Positions 27,697 through 39,281 of a DNA stretch of 64,000 nucleotides are shown here, in pieces; position 1 is the first letter of the stretch, and the number at the start of each line of letters is the position of its first letter. The translations under genes and the position numbers were made by a program. The notes beneath the pieces are model-generated. The model worked only from the letters and a program-made list of their open reading frames with translations, had not been told where the DNA came from and made no database searches. The stretch is from a virus, in IMG/VR virus record IMGVR_UViG_3300017725_000001, positions 60,178 through 124,177 of that record; one strand, 5' to 3'.

Positions 27697-30600
27697 TTAC
27701 ACATCAATGTAAGTAGCGATCACTTTAACTGTAGCTGTACCACTTGTCGGAGTGTAAGTTAATTCAACTTGGTTTCCGTTCATAGTAACACTTGCATCAC
27801 CAATTAAGTCTGCACCAGTATAAACCATTGCGTACTCTGTAATGTATGCAGTACTACCATCATGTACTACTAAAGCTTCACGTGTCTCATAGTTACCTGC
27901 GCCGTCATCAACCTGCATGATGTATTTCGCTGAACGATACAACGCACCGTTGAATGAATCAACTGTAGTTGAACCGGAAGCTGATACTTCACCTTTTTGT
28001 ACGTATGCTTTAATATCAGCCGCTAGTTTGTCGAATGATACTGAGTTAGCAAGTAGTACTGGGTTAAGTCCTGCACCTGGTGATAACACAACAATTTGTG
28101 TACCAACTGGTACTGCTGAGTTAAACGTGATAGTTTTCGCCGCACTATCGATAGTGTAGTGAGTTGATGGATCCTGAATAACACCACCAACAAAAACCAT
28201 TGCTTGGTCTTGTGTTGTAGTGAAAGTTAATGAATACTGCGTTGCAGATCCATCACCATTAATTGTCATTCTCTCTTGTGTTGAGAAAACATTTAACGGG
28301 TTTTTCAGTTCCATACCGTCTTCATTTGAGTTAACTGCTAATACGTATCCGTCTTTGTTAGTGTAATCTGTATCAGATACATCTGTTAAGTCTAGGACTG
28401 ATTCGTTAGTGTCAACCGAGATAACACCTGTGCTGTTATCGTAGCTTACTAAGCCTGCGCCTGCAACGTCATTAACACTAATTGCCGCTCTGCTTCTGGC
28501 ATCAGTGTAGTATAGGTTTGAACCTTCAGCTAAGTCATCTGTAGTATTAGTAGAGATGTCTTGTGCTGAAATTGCCGCATCTAGTACTGCTTTAGATACT
28601 GCGTCACCTGGATTGGCCGCTGTTCCTAAACCTGTTACTAGTTGACCGCCCATAGCAATATCGCCACTCATTGTTCCACCAGCAAGTGCTAGTTTAGTTG
28701 CGATTACTGTGTCTTGAGCCGCATCAGCCGCCGCAAACTCAGTACGGATAGCCGCCCTGTCAGTTGTCGCCGCCGCGTGGTCTGTGTCGTTGTCATTTAC
28801 TTCGCTTGTTAAAGCTGTACTTAGGTTAGTAATGGCAGTTGCGTTTGCCGCTACTGTACCTGTTAGTGTGCTGTCTGCATTTTGGAAAGCAGTAACGATT
28901 TCAGTTAATGAATCTAGCGCCGCTGGATCCGTGTTACTGATAATATCGTTAACTGTGACTACTAAAGCGTCTGTACGTGTCACTTCTGTTGCCAAGTCTG
29001 TTGCTACTGTTGAAATAGACGTTGCATTAGCCGCTTCCGCCGCTGTTGCTCTAGCTGTTTCTGTAGCAATATCTGCCGCATTAGCTTGTTCTGCAGTTTG
29101 AGCTCTAGTTACTTCAGTTGCTAGGTTTGTAGTTAACACACCTTCTGCCGCTGTAGCTCTAGTTTCTTCTGCTTTAACAGCCGCATCTAACTTGTTATCA
29201 GCATCTTTCAATGATGATGCAGTTGAGATGTAGTCTGCTGTTGCATTTGCTGAATATGTACCATCAACACCTAAACCTGCGCCAGCTTGTGTAGCTGTAA
29301 TTTCAGTTAAGTTGTCTGCGATATCAGTTGCATTTGCCGCTTCTGCCGCTTGAGCTCTTGTTGACTCATTTGCGATAGCTGTTGCATTTGCTTGTTCAGC
29401 CGCTCTTGCTGTAGTTGCTTCTGCTGTAATTGCGTTTGCATTCGCTGATTCTGCCGCTCTAGCTGTACTTGCTTCAGACGCTATGTCTGCCGCGTTAGTA
29501 GAGATGTCAGATGCATTAGTTGCGATTGCTGTTGCATTAGTTGCAATGTCTGCTGTATTACCAGAGATTGCTGTTGCATTTGCTGAAACATTTGTAGTTA
29601 GTGTTGCTTCTGCCGCTTCAGCTCTTGTTTTTTCAGCTAGGATTGCCGCATCTAATTTAGAGTCTGCATCATGTAATGATGAAGCTGAATCAATTGCGTG
29701 TGTTCCTGAGTGTGCTGAGTAAGAACCGTCACTTTGTAAACCTGCACCAGTTTCTACTGCATCAATTGCGTTATTAACAGAAGTTAAATCAGCCGCTGTA
29801 CCTGAGTTCAGTTCGTTGATCGCTTCTGATAACGTTTGTGCAGTTGTCTGTAGTGCCGCACTACCTGCTTGTGTTTCTAAAGTAGATACTTTGCCTTCTT
29901 CAGCTGTTAGACGTGTGTCTAATGCTGTGTCAGCCGCCGCAAATTCAGTACGAATTAACGCTCTGTCTGTTGAAGCAGTATTACTTAGACTTGTGATTGC
30001 ACCATTGATTGTACTATCAGCACTTTGGAATGCTGAAACAATTTCAGTTAGTGAATCTAACGCCGCCGGATCCGTATTAGTTAGGATTGAATCAATTCTA
30101 GCTGTTTCCGTGTCGATGTTACTTTGAAGTGTCGCTTCAGCTGTTGTTGCTCTAGCTACTTCGTTATTGATACTTGTTAAGTTAGTAGCAATATCGTTAG
30201 TGTTAGTTGCAATGTTAGCTGTGTGCGTTGAATCAGCAGTAGTTGAACGAGATACCTCGTTTGCTATTGCTGTTGCGTTTGCCGCTTCTGCCGCAAGTGC
30301 TCTTGTTTCTTCTGCTGTTACCGCTTGTGCGTTAGCAAGTTCTGCCGCTCTAGCTGTTGACGCTTCATTTGAAATAGCAGTAGTTAGAGTTGCGTCACCC
30401 GCAATTCTGTCTGCTGTTTCTGTTGCAATGTCACTTGCGTTAGTTGCAATGTCTGTCGCGTTAGTTGCTATATCACCAGTGTTAGCTGTAATAGCTAGTG
30501 TGTTTGCCGCTTCTGCCGCAAGTGCTCTAGTCTTTTCAGTTAGAACTTCTTGGTCAGTATAAGCTTCTGCTGTTGCTTCTGCACCCGCTTTAGCTGTTGC

Positions 30601-32426
30601 AATTCTATCTGTTACAGTATTACCTGCTGTACCGTCTAGTGTTGCATCACCCATTAGTGCTACGTCTGCCGCATCACTGTCTGCGATTGCATTTGCTTCT
30701 GCCGCATCTGCTTTTGTAGTTGCATCAGCCGCCGCAGTTGAAATCGCGTCTGCTTCAGCTGTATCAGCATATGCTTGTGCTGATGCTAAAGTTGATGCAT
30801 CTCCTGCTTGTCTGTTTGTTGTTTCTGCCGCTATTGCCGCCGCATTAACACCTTCAGCCGCTTGTGCTCTTGTAGACTCCGCATTGATATTTGTTTGTAA
30901 TGCCGCGTCACCAGTTGTGATGTCTGAAGCATTCTGCGAAATAGCAGTTGCGTTTGCGTTAATTGCCGCTGTTGCCGCTGAATCACCAGCTTGGAAAGCT
31001 GTAACGATTTCAGTCAGTGAGTCAAGTGCCGCTGGGTCTGTGTTAGTTAGAATGTTATCAATTCTAGCTGTTTCAGTTGCAATGTCAGCTGTATTAGTTG
31101 CGATATCAGCTGTGTTAGTTGCAATATCTGTAGTGTTAGTATCAATCTCACCGTGAAGTTCGTTGATAGCCGCACCAATTGATGTTGCTGTAGTATCAAG
31201 TGGTGTATTTGCTACATCACCAACTACTGTTTCTAACGCACTAATATCTGAAGCATTTGTAGTAACTTTAGCGTCAACTACTGCTACCGCTGTATTGATA
31301 GCCGCTGTCTCTGCCGCTGATACTGTATCTGCGTGTGCTTCAGCCGCCGCTTGTGCCGCGTCTGCTTTTGTAGTTGCATCTGCCGCCGCTGTAGCGATTG
31401 CATCTGCTTCTGCTGTATCTGCGTATGTTTGTGCTGATGCTAAAGTTGTTGCATCTGCTGTTGCAAAGTCTGTTCTTACCGCTGTATCTGCATTTGCTCT
31501 TGCAGTCGCTTCGTTTGCAATGTCTTGTGCATTTGCTAATTCAGCTCCTGATGCACGTGTAACTTCTGCCGCTAAGTCGGTTTGTAGTTGTGAAACTTCA
31601 CCGTCTGTAGCAGATATTTCCGCCGCCAATCCAGTTGTTAGTGTAGTAATGTCACCTTCATTAGCAGTTACTCTAGCATCAAGTGCATTTTCAGCCGCTC
31701 TAGCAGTTGCCGCTTCTGTTGAAATATCAGATGCGTTAGTTCCTTCAGCGCCTTGTGCTCTTGTTGCTTCTGTACTAATTGCAGTTGCATTTGCTTGTTC
31801 TGCAGTTTGAGCTCTAGCTGTCTCGTTTGTAATTAAAGTCGAGTTAGCTGTTATTGCCGCAGTCAATGCACTATCTTGAGATTGAAATTCTGCAACAATT
31901 TCAGATAAACTGTCTAATGCCGCAGGGTCAACGTTTGATATAATGTTTGTTATTTGAGTTTGTAATCCAGCATCTGCCGCTTTATAAGCTGTATCTAGAG
32001 CGGATTCTGCCGCTGTAGCTCTGCTTATTTCACTTGCGATGTCCGTCGCATTTACACCCTCTGCCGCTGTCGCTCTTGACGTTTCAGCCGCGATATCATT
32101 TGCGTTCTGAAGTTCAGCCGCACGTGCTATCACTGCTTCTGCCGCCACTGCTGTAGCAATGTCTGCCGCTACTGCTGATTGAGCTTTTGCATCTGTAAAG
32201 TATTCATTACTTGAACCTTCGGTAATATCATCAGTTGTAATGAACCAATAAAATTTGCCGCTGTAATACTTTTCAGAGCTGAAGTCGCATTGTCGTGTAA
32301 AAGGAAAGCATCTAAGTTGTTTGCTGATGTAGTTGCAGTTTGGCCTGAAACTGAACTCGCATCAAGTTTGGTATCGATAACCGCTTGGTTAGCCAACGCC
32401 GGACTCTTAATTTGTCTAAAAGCCAT
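27697..32426 (-). CDS. Long coiled-coil tail fibre (~1576 aa), interrupted by a -1 frameshift near 32240-32256
   Basis: MAFRQIK start with GGAG RBS. The -1 frame continues as ITTDDITEGSSNEYFTDA, a module also seen in the other fibres, into the 1483-aa ORF. Repeated N[T/V]DPAALDSL[T/S]EIV modules. Confidence 0.75.
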
Positions 32427-32574
32427 AGAGATTTCTCCAATCAAATATATTTGATTTGCCTATAATCTTTATAAGCAAAAGAATACGTACATAAAGTAAG
32501 TATTCTGCATAGGCCGTAAAACCCATACAATGTATTTATTCAATATTGCTGTTTATTATATATTATGATATTGT

Positions 32575-33765
32575 TTAAATTGGAAGAAATCTGAAGTCTA
32601 CAACCGCTCCAGTTGATGGAGCATTATTAAGAGTTAATGTAGCTCCTAGTATACTATAATCTGTAGGAGGAAGTATTGCTCCATCTACAATTACTAATAT
32701 ACTATGTACAGTATGACCAGTTGGAATAGTATATTGTGTTGTACTATTGTCGCCAGCATACTGACTACTATTATATATCAAGTTTAGATGTCTATTTTCT
32801 ATGCAGTTATCAGGAAATGCTGTAATACTTGCAAAATGAAATCTATACTTTACATATATATCTGCACCATTATCTGGTGTAACATTAAATACTAGTTTTT
32901 TATTTGAATCTATTGAGAATACATCTGGTCTTTGTAATACATCGTCTACGTATACATCAATAGCTTCTACTGAAGGTAAATCACTAGCTGTTAATTGATA
33001 TTCTGTTGTTGTGCCATCACCTGTAAATGTTTGTGCTGGCTCTATACTAGTTGATGGGAATGCTAAATCATTTCTTAATAGTGCTTCTAAGTCAGTTAAT
33101 TCTGTGCTTGTTGCGAATGCACTATCAGCGCCTTGAAAGGCTGTAACAATTTCACTCAAAGAGTCAAGTGCCGCTGGATCAGTATTTTGAATGATACTAT
33201 CAATTTGATCTTGTAAGCCTTGCGTTACTGTTGCATCACCTACACCAAATCTACCTTGATATACTGCTCCACTTATATATACACTTTTACCTGTAAATGA
33301 TTTACCATTTGGTAAACTATCACCAATAAAGTTTAGTACACCAGATTGATAATCAAAGAACCATTCGTCATTATTACCACTACCTGTTACAAATACTTTG
33401 TTAGCTAAACTTTCAGCACCTGCTGAATCGTTAGTATCATGTATGTAAACACTTACTAGATATGTACTACCAAATTCTGGAGTTATCCAATCTGTAATAC
33501 TTGTTTTCCATGTTCTATTTCCTGTTGATGTAATATCTTCTGAACACTCAACAGCATTATATAATTTTACCTGTGTTGTATCTGCTGATGGTTTTACTGC
33601 TGGTATGCTACCTGCTTCTGCCCAAACTTTATCACCACGTAATAAAAGTGGACTTGCTATTGCTTCGTTGGCCGCTAACTTATTGGCATTAATATCTGTT
33701 TTAGTAGCACCATAACCAATCTTCTTAAATAGGTAGTCAATTTTTTGATTATCACTAATTGCCAT
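32575..33765 (-). CDS. Virion structural protein (baseplate/fibre-associated)
   Basis: MAISDNQKIDYLFKK, WFFDYQSGVL, FTGDGTTT repeats; shares the DPAALDSL module. Confidence 0.7.
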   Translation of the reverse strand: MAISDNQKIDYLFKKIGYGATKTDINANKLAANEAIASPLLLRGDKVWAEAGSIPAVKPSADTTQVKLYNAVECSEDITSTGNRTWKTSITDWITPEFGSTYLVSVYIHDTNDSAGAESLANKVFVTGSGNNDEWFFDYQSGVLNFIGDSLPNGKSFTGKSVYISGAVYQGRFGVGDATVTQGLQDQIDSIIQNTDPAALDSLSEIVTAFQGADSAFATSTELTDLEALLRNDLAFPSTSIEPAQTFTGDGTTTEYQLTASDLPSVEAIDVYVDDVLQRPDVFSIDSNKKLVFNVTPDNGADIYVKYRFHFASITAFPDNCIENRHLNLIYNSSQYAGDNSTTQYTIPTGHTVHSILVIVDGAILPPTDYSILGATLTLNNAPSTGAVVDFRFLPI

Positions 33766-36700
33766 TAGTTAGACTCCCCTATTTGTAAATTTGTAATTTG
33801 TTTTCCTGCTTCTAATGCTATTCTAATCAATACAACATTATTAGTTGCATTACTCATATTCTCACTACCTAATGTCATTGTATAAGTTGAGTTAATACTT
33901 GAATTAGTTGGAATAACGTCTGCACCTGTTAATGCACAACCATCACTACCATTACCACCTGAGCCTGTGTTACTACCTGGAACACCAACACCTGCGTATT
34001 GAGCTGTACCATCTATCCAACCATTTAATCCACTTGCACCGTCAACGGTAGTACCTGGTGCCGCAATCCATAATCCACTTATTCCATTTGTATTAATTGT
34101 AATACTAAAGTTAGCTACAACCTGTCTACGGAATGCGAATGTAAAATATTGTGTTCCTGTGTCTGCACTTCTATCAGGGCCAACTGGAAGATACCCAGTT
34201 GAATAATCTGTTGTATTGTGTTCTAATGTTCCCCAACGTACAGTTGCTTCTTGTGTTCCACTTACACTTACTGCACCAGTAAATGGTGTAGCTGTATAAT
34301 CTGTTGAACCTACTATTGTTGGATTGTCTGTACTATCTGAAACAAAATCTGCTATACGTATTGCATTATCTGTTATTGTTCCATTACCTAAACTACCCGC
34401 TACAGGAATACTATCTTCTATTACACCTGTTGGATTAGATCTATGTACTTGTACTTTTGTATCAAATTCTGTATAACTACTTGTTCCGTTAACATTTTTT
34501 ATTCTAGCTTTAATAGTTTCTATTGCCGCAATATTTGATTGTGTAATATCAATAGTTTGATCAGCAAACGAATAACTTAATGTGTTAGCTGTTGGTATAC
34601 CACTTACTAGATATGAAGCATCTTCTAAGTCCGCATAGTCTTTAAATTGTGTTTGAATTGTACCAGCTGAGGTACCTTCTACATTAGTACCATTACTAAT
34701 TTCTAAAACATTATTAGTATCTCTATATGCTTGTCCTATCCAATTTGATACATTTAATCCAGATAATATTAATTTTGGATTTCCTGTATTATAATATGGT
34801 ATACCTGATATGTATCTATAAGTTCCTGAAACACTTTCAGAAAGAATAGAACTAGTATTATCAAGTGTAGGTACGTCTGTTAGATCATCACACATAACTG
34901 TTACGTAATTTGTTTCACCTGTTGTACTATGTTCTATTCTCTGATCATTAACACCAATAGCATACTCTGCAAATGGTTTAGAAATTTTTGAATCAAATGT
35001 TTGATAGAAACCAGTTGGGTATGTTGAAGCACTTATTGTATTGTGAGCATCATCTTGTTGAGTGATCACTAAATCATTAAATGTACCAGTTTCATTGAGG
35101 GAAGTAGAAAAGGTTGTTGATCCATTTGGCGTACCATTTACTATTGCAGTTACAGTACCCGCTAATCCATTATATGCATTTTCAGCTATTGTTGTGTCAA
35201 GTGTTCCACTAGTATATCTTCTTGCAGTATTTGTATCCAAATCATCACCTGCTGTTAATGGTGACGTTGCACTATTATCTGTGAAATTATATGCTAATTT
35301 TGGATCAGTACCTTGTGCAGGATCTACTAGTGAAATTGTTTTATTTCCAAGTCCGTCTGGAGCAGTAGGAACTGCATGAACTTGAAACGTTAAATTCTGT
35401 GTATCTGTTTGAGCTGTTATATCTGGTGTACCACTAGCTGTATAATCTAGTTGATAGTTACCAGGTGTTTTGCCTGAGAAGTCATGTTGTATAGATCCTT
35501 CAGTAGTTGTTGTATCATTAGAACTTCCATCATTCCAATTAAATTCAGCACTATCTTTATTTTCTGAAGTATCTGTGACTTCTACTATTGCTCTGTTATT
35601 ACCTAAATAATCAAATCCATCATAAACATCAAACTGGTTATCTCCATTCTTGTCTGATACTTGTACTGCCGTTCCAGATATGTTTGCTCTTACGTCTGGC
35701 TCAACGTGTATACTAAACGACGAACTTGTAAATGGACTGCTTGAGTGTCCACTTATTACTTGTAAATTACCTGTATAATCTTGAGGTGTATTATTATTTG
35801 TTAATGTATATTTGTGTGTTATCGTACTGCCTGTATCTCCTGCTTGACCCGATCCTACATTAACTGTTTCTATTGTTCCATCTCCAAAATCCCATCTATA
35901 AGTTATACCATAATCTGCATAACTTCCTATAGTAGCTTCTGTGTTGTTTGTAAATGTAACATCTAATCCATTTGATGATTCTTCATTAATACCTGTTGTA
36001 ATATCTGAAGTTGTATCTGGAGTATGTGTATCATAGATTTTAAATGAGTCACTACCATTTAGTGGTAGTAAACTTTGTGTCATTGTATCGTGTGCATCAA
36101 GTGTTAATGATACTGTACGAGTAACGTCTGTGAGTGTGCTGGCCGAGAATGTGTGAGCTATCCTCGGACCAGCACTACCACCTGAAACTGAGTTGTCAGA
36201 TATAACATCGTCCGCAGAACCGTCGCCCCAATTCCAAGTATATTGGATTGTTGCTCCGGCTGTGTTCGTTGTTGTATTTTGGAAGTAGACAGTATCACCG
36301 TCGTTCCAGGTAGTAACCTGTGAACCGCCTGTTAGTGAGTCAAATGCGACAAAACTAACTACTGGGTTGGCGGTAAAAATTGAAATATAATCTTCTCTTG
36401 TTTTTGATTGTGAGCTACCAGCTCCTACACCTTGATCATGAAATGCTGTAACTTGTACATCAAAAGGAGAATTATCACTGTTATTATAAACGTGTGTTGG
36501 AGTACTATCAGTTGTAGCTGTTGTAACATCTCCATCACCCCAATTAATAGTATATCTATTTGGGTTTCCTTCTGTTGTAATATTAAGTGTTGCTGTTAAT
36601 CCTGCTCCACCAGATGTAATATCTGAAACAAAGTCAACAGTTTTAACGTATGTATTATTTCTTACGTTTTCTATTGTTTGATAAACTTCTGTAAGGTCTG

Positions 36701-36908
36701 CTGTAATTTCTGAATCTTGACTAGAATCAAAATTTGCAAGGGTTGCATCAAGGAATGCTTTTGTAACTAAATCTTGTGGGTCTACTGGATCACTTGCATT
36801 CTTTACTATTTTTGTAGATACATCAATGTTATTTCCTGCACCTGCATCGAGAATTAACTCGTCATCTGATTTAAGTTTTCCAATACTATGGTTTATATTA
36901 ATAGCCAC
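33765..36908 (-). CDS. Large virion protein with PKD/Ig-like domains
   Basis: Repeated Y.WxWGDG / WDFGDG...H.Y PKD motifs. Confidence 0.75.
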   Translation of the reverse strand: MAININHSIGKLKSDDELILDAGAGNNIDVSTKIVKNASDPVDPQDLVTKAFLDATLANFDSSQDSEITADLTEVYQTIENVRNNTYVKTVDFVSDITSGGAGLTATLNITTEGNPNRYTINWGDGDVTTATTDSTPTHVYNNSDNSPFDVQVTAFHDQGVGAGSSQSKTREDYISIFTANPVVSFVAFDSLTGGSQVTTWNDGDTVYFQNTTTNTAGATIQYTWNWGDGSADDVISDNSVSGGSAGPRIAHTFSASTLTDVTRTVSLTLDAHDTMTQSLLPLNGSDSFKIYDTHTPDTTSDITTGINEESSNGLDVTFTNNTEATIGSYADYGITYRWDFGDGTIETVNVGSGQAGDTGSTITHKYTLTNNNTPQDYTGNLQVISGHSSSPFTSSSFSIHVEPDVRANISGTAVQVSDKNGDNQFDVYDGFDYLGNNRAIVEVTDTSENKDSAEFNWNDGSSNDTTTTEGSIQHDFSGKTPGNYQLDYTASGTPDITAQTDTQNLTFQVHAVPTAPDGLGNKTISLVDPAQGTDPKLAYNFTDNSATSPLTAGDDLDTNTARRYTSGTLDTTIAENAYNGLAGTVTAIVNGTPNGSTTFSTSLNETGTFNDLVITQQDDAHNTISASTYPTGFYQTFDSKISKPFAEYAIGVNDQRIEHSTTGETNYVTVMCDDLTDVPTLDNTSSILSESVSGTYRYISGIPYYNTGNPKLILSGLNVSNWIGQAYRDTNNVLEISNGTNVEGTSAGTIQTQFKDYADLEDASYLVSGIPTANTLSYSFADQTIDITQSNIAAIETIKARIKNVNGTSSYTEFDTKVQVHRSNPTGVIEDSIPVAGSLGNGTITDNAIRIADFVSDSTDNPTIVGSTDYTATPFTGAVSVSGTQEATVRWGTLEHNTTDYSTGYLPVGPDRSADTGTQYFTFAFRRQVVANFSITINTNGISGLWIAAPGTTVDGASGLNGWIDGTAQYAGVGVPGSNTGSGGNGSDGCALTGADVIPTNSSINSTYTMTLGSENMSNATNNVVLIRIALEAGKQITNLQIGESN

Positions 36909-36968
36909 TATTCTTATTCCTCACAACCTCGCCGCTCTTGCGTTTTTGTATTAACTTATTAAAGTTAC

Positions 36969-37574
36969 CTACGTAACGTTAGCACGGAAAATAGATAGAA
37001 TAGACCAGCCGTTTGTTGTGTATATCAGATCAGCAGTATCACCTACTGATGCAAATGAAATACTAGTGTAGCCTAATGCTGTACCAGGCGTAACTGTAAT
37101 TGTACCTGTTGGAGTGGCTGTAACTATAATTGTTTTACGTTCACCCACACTTCCATTGGCTAATGCTAAAGATGTATTTGTACTTCCATCTAATAAAACT
37201 GTGCCTTTTGTTGCTGGCACATCTGTTGTTGCTGATGCTGGATTTTGACTAGAAATAATCTTTTCAAAATATCCGATATTCCAAGGTTTAGTTGTACTAC
37301 CAATATTATATTGAATTCCTGATGTGATGTCAGGTAGAACATCACTGCTGATATTACTATTAAGTGTAAGTGACCCACCACTTGCTCCTAGTGTAATAAT
37401 ATCACCATTTACAACAAGAGTACCCTGTACATATAAATGCCCAGAATTAAACATTCCACCTTTGTTGTGCAAAGATGCACCCGCTGGCATTGATGCTTGA
37501 CTTAAAGTTAAGTCTAAATCTTGTGTACTTTCTATAATTAGACGCCCTGCGTCTGGATTAATGTGTGATGACAT
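36969..37574 (-). CDS. Virion structural protein (fibre-like)
   Basis: Late promoter at 37628; YNIGSTTKPW and LALANG..G..K modules. Confidence 0.6.
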   Translation of the reverse strand: MSSHINPDAGRLIIESTQDLDLTLSQASMPAGASLHNKGGMFNSGHLYVQGTLVVNGDIITLGASGGSLTLNSNISSDVLPDITSGIQYNIGSTTKPWNIGYFEKIISSQNPASATTDVPATKGTVLLDGSTNTSLALANGSVGERKTIIVTATPTGTITVTPGTALGYTSISFASVGDTADLIYTTNGWSILSIFRANVT

Positions 37575-37675
37575 AGTATACTGTTCCTATTTTTCTACTT
37601 CCATTTTAATTAGTTAAAATTATATATGTATTTATGCTTTTTGCTACGATAGATTGTGTTTTACAATATGGCCAT

Positions 37676-37702
37676 AAAAAAACCCACAAAAAATGTGGGT
37701 TT
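37676..37702 (-). terminator. Intrinsic terminator of the ncRNA
   Basis: aacccaca-aaaaa-tgtgggtt stem followed by a T-run on the minus strand. Confidence 0.7.
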
Positions 37703-37708
37703 AGTTAC

Positions 37709-37926
37709 TAATACCAAAATAGGAGGGACTTGGGTACACCCTCAACCCCTCGACTAGATACCATTTCTAACCCAGGGAACCTGCAACCGCTCGGTAGAGC
37801 GATGTGACACAACGCATTTCTGCAACCATGCCTGAGTACCATCTCTTTACAGTCAAGTTCGACGCTCTGGTAAACGCCTCTTCCTTGCACTATTAACATT
37901 GGATGATCAATCCGCTGTTGGTATTA
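37709..37926 (-). ncRNA. Structured ~218-nt ncRNA, probably manA-motif-like
   Basis: GC-richer island with terminal complementary ends (TAATACCAA/TTGGTATTA) and internal stems (CGCTC-TACC-GAGCG, GAGGG/CCCTC). Own promoter TTGACC-17-TATATT (37932-37960) and terminator. The manA assignment is from recalled resemblance only. Confidence 0.6.
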
Positions 37927-37979
37927 TCTATAATATATACTAACTTTACCTAAAGGTCAACCTTTTTTTACCAAAAATA

Positions 37980-38132
37980 TTAGATTTTTTGCATTTTGGG
38001 GTCTGAGCTTAAGATATTCTTTTCAGCACGAGGCCTAGATAGCGGTCTTTCCATTTGCTTTCTATGTATTGCTTTATGTGCGTCTTCAGTTCGCTTCTTT
38101 TTACGAGCGATTTCAAAGTCTCTGTGATTCAT
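37980..38132 (-). CDS. 50-aa basic peptide downstream of glutamine riboswitches
   Basis: MNHRDFEIARKKKR...; AAGGAG RBS ~25 nt after the second aptamer. Confidence 0.7.
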   Translation of the reverse strand: MNHRDFEIARKKKRTEDAHKAIHRKQMERPLSRPRAEKNILSSDPKMQKI

Positions 38133-38156
38133 GACACTCTCCTTTTTACAGTTAAG

Positions 38157-38206
38157 TGCGTTCCTTCGGTTCATTACCTACTTCCGTCTCTTACGAGATG
38201 AACGAT
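38157..38206 (-). promoter_or_regulatory. Glutamine riboswitch (glnA motif), aptamer 2
   Basis: ATCGTTCATCTC-GTAA-GAGACGGAAGTAGGT-AATGA-ACCGAAGGAACGCA matches the glnA consensus CGTTCAYC..GACGGAAGTA..GAAGGAACGC. Confidence 0.85.
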
Positions 38207-38211
38207 GATAA

Positions 38212-38264
38212 TGCGTTCCTTCAGCCTTAGCTTACTTCCGTCCGAAATCTACAGGATGAACGAT
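38212..38264 (-). promoter_or_regulatory. Glutamine riboswitch (glnA motif), aptamer 1
   Basis: ATCGTTCATCC...GGACGGAAGTAAGC-TAAG-GCTGAAGGAACGCA; tandem arrangement is typical of this class. Confidence 0.85.
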
Positions 38265-38300
38265 TGTACTATTATTTACTAAATTATTTACCTGATTTAA

Positions 38301-39281
38301 CTACAAACATAAACTTTCGTATTGTAGCATTAACCTATCTTCTTGCCCTATACCATATTTTCCACCTACAAAAAAGGGCTTTGCCATATGATATCGTTTA
38401 TTATCCCAAGATATTAACTGTCCTGGTTTCCCAAAATCTAATACTTTATTAAGTGATAATCCATGGAACTTTTCTATTGGTAACTGTGACTGATATTCTG
38501 TTGCAATTAGTTGCATCCAAGTATCTTCATCAAATGGCTTACCTGTTAAGTTTCTTATATACTCACCAAACATTTCAAATTTATCGCCTTTAGAAAAAGT
38601 TATAACTGGTTTTTTCTTTTCATCTAAATTATCTAAATTATTTGTAATATCGTAATATGTACTATATGGAAACCATTGATCAAAAATAATTGTTGCTTTT
38701 CCGGGTTGAGCATCTAAGTTAACTAATCCTTGATGTGCGTGTTTTGCTCCTCCGCCTATTGGAAAATACTCTTCTAATTTATAATTTGGATGATGTAATG
38801 GTCTTGGATTTTTCTTTTTTAATTTAGTTAAAACATCTTGTCCATCGCAATGTATTTTTAAACCTTGGCTAAAATTATGAAATGCAATATCTGTAACTTT
38901 TGCAGGTCTTCCTATCTCTTTAAACTTATCTTCCATTATGTTAACAATAGTAGTTGACCAATCATTTAATCTATCAACAAATTCAAACTCTGATGTTCCA
39001 GTTACAAAGTCTAGTTGTACTCTTTTACCTTTGTCATGTGTTTCTTTACTACGTACAGATGATACAATTTGACACCAATCTAATCTTTTATTCACTGTGG
39101 ATCTTGTAAAATTTGCTTCTTCAATTCTTACATATTCTTTATCATTGTTGTACTCAATTTTTTTTAGCACATCGTCAAATAAACGTTTATAACCGTTTTT
39201 AATAAACAGTAATTGTTCTGCATTAAAAAAGTCTGGGTGCTCTATTGATTCGTATAAATCTTCGTTATAAAATTTAGACAT
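38301..39281 (-). CDS. Divergent 2OG-Fe(II) oxygenase-like protein
   Basis: KIHCD...PGQLISWDNKRYH....R motifs. Confidence 0.5.
   Translation of the reverse strand: MSKFYNEDLYESIEHPDFFNAEQLLFIKNGYKRLFDDVLKKIEYNNDKEYVRIEEANFTRSTVNKRLDWCQIVSSVRSKETHDKGKRVQLDFVTGTSEFEFVDRLNDWSTTIVNIMEDKFKEIGRPAKVTDIAFHNFSQGLKIHCDGQDVLTKLKKKNPRPLHHPNYKLEEYFPIGGGAKHAHQGLVNLDAQPGKATIIFDQWFPYSTYYDITNNLDNLDEKKKPVITFSKGDKFEMFGEYIRNLTGKPFDEDTWMQLIATEYQSQLPIEKFHGLSLNKVLDFGKPGQLISWDNKRYHMAKPFFVGGKYGIGQEDRLMLQYESLCL

Noticed and set aside
27917-31810. Multiple plus-strand ORFs of 80-215 aa within the long fibre gene (similar ones over other genes)
   Set aside because: Antisense shadows of Ala/Thr-rich codons; no RBS or recognisable motifs.
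37708-37899. 63-aa ORF in the ORF track
   Set aside because: Atypical composition, no RBS, and it coincides with the structured RNA.
38150-38265. Direct repeat considered as a mini-CRISPR
   Set aside because: Only two units, with internal variable stems matching the glutamine aptamer; no cas genes.
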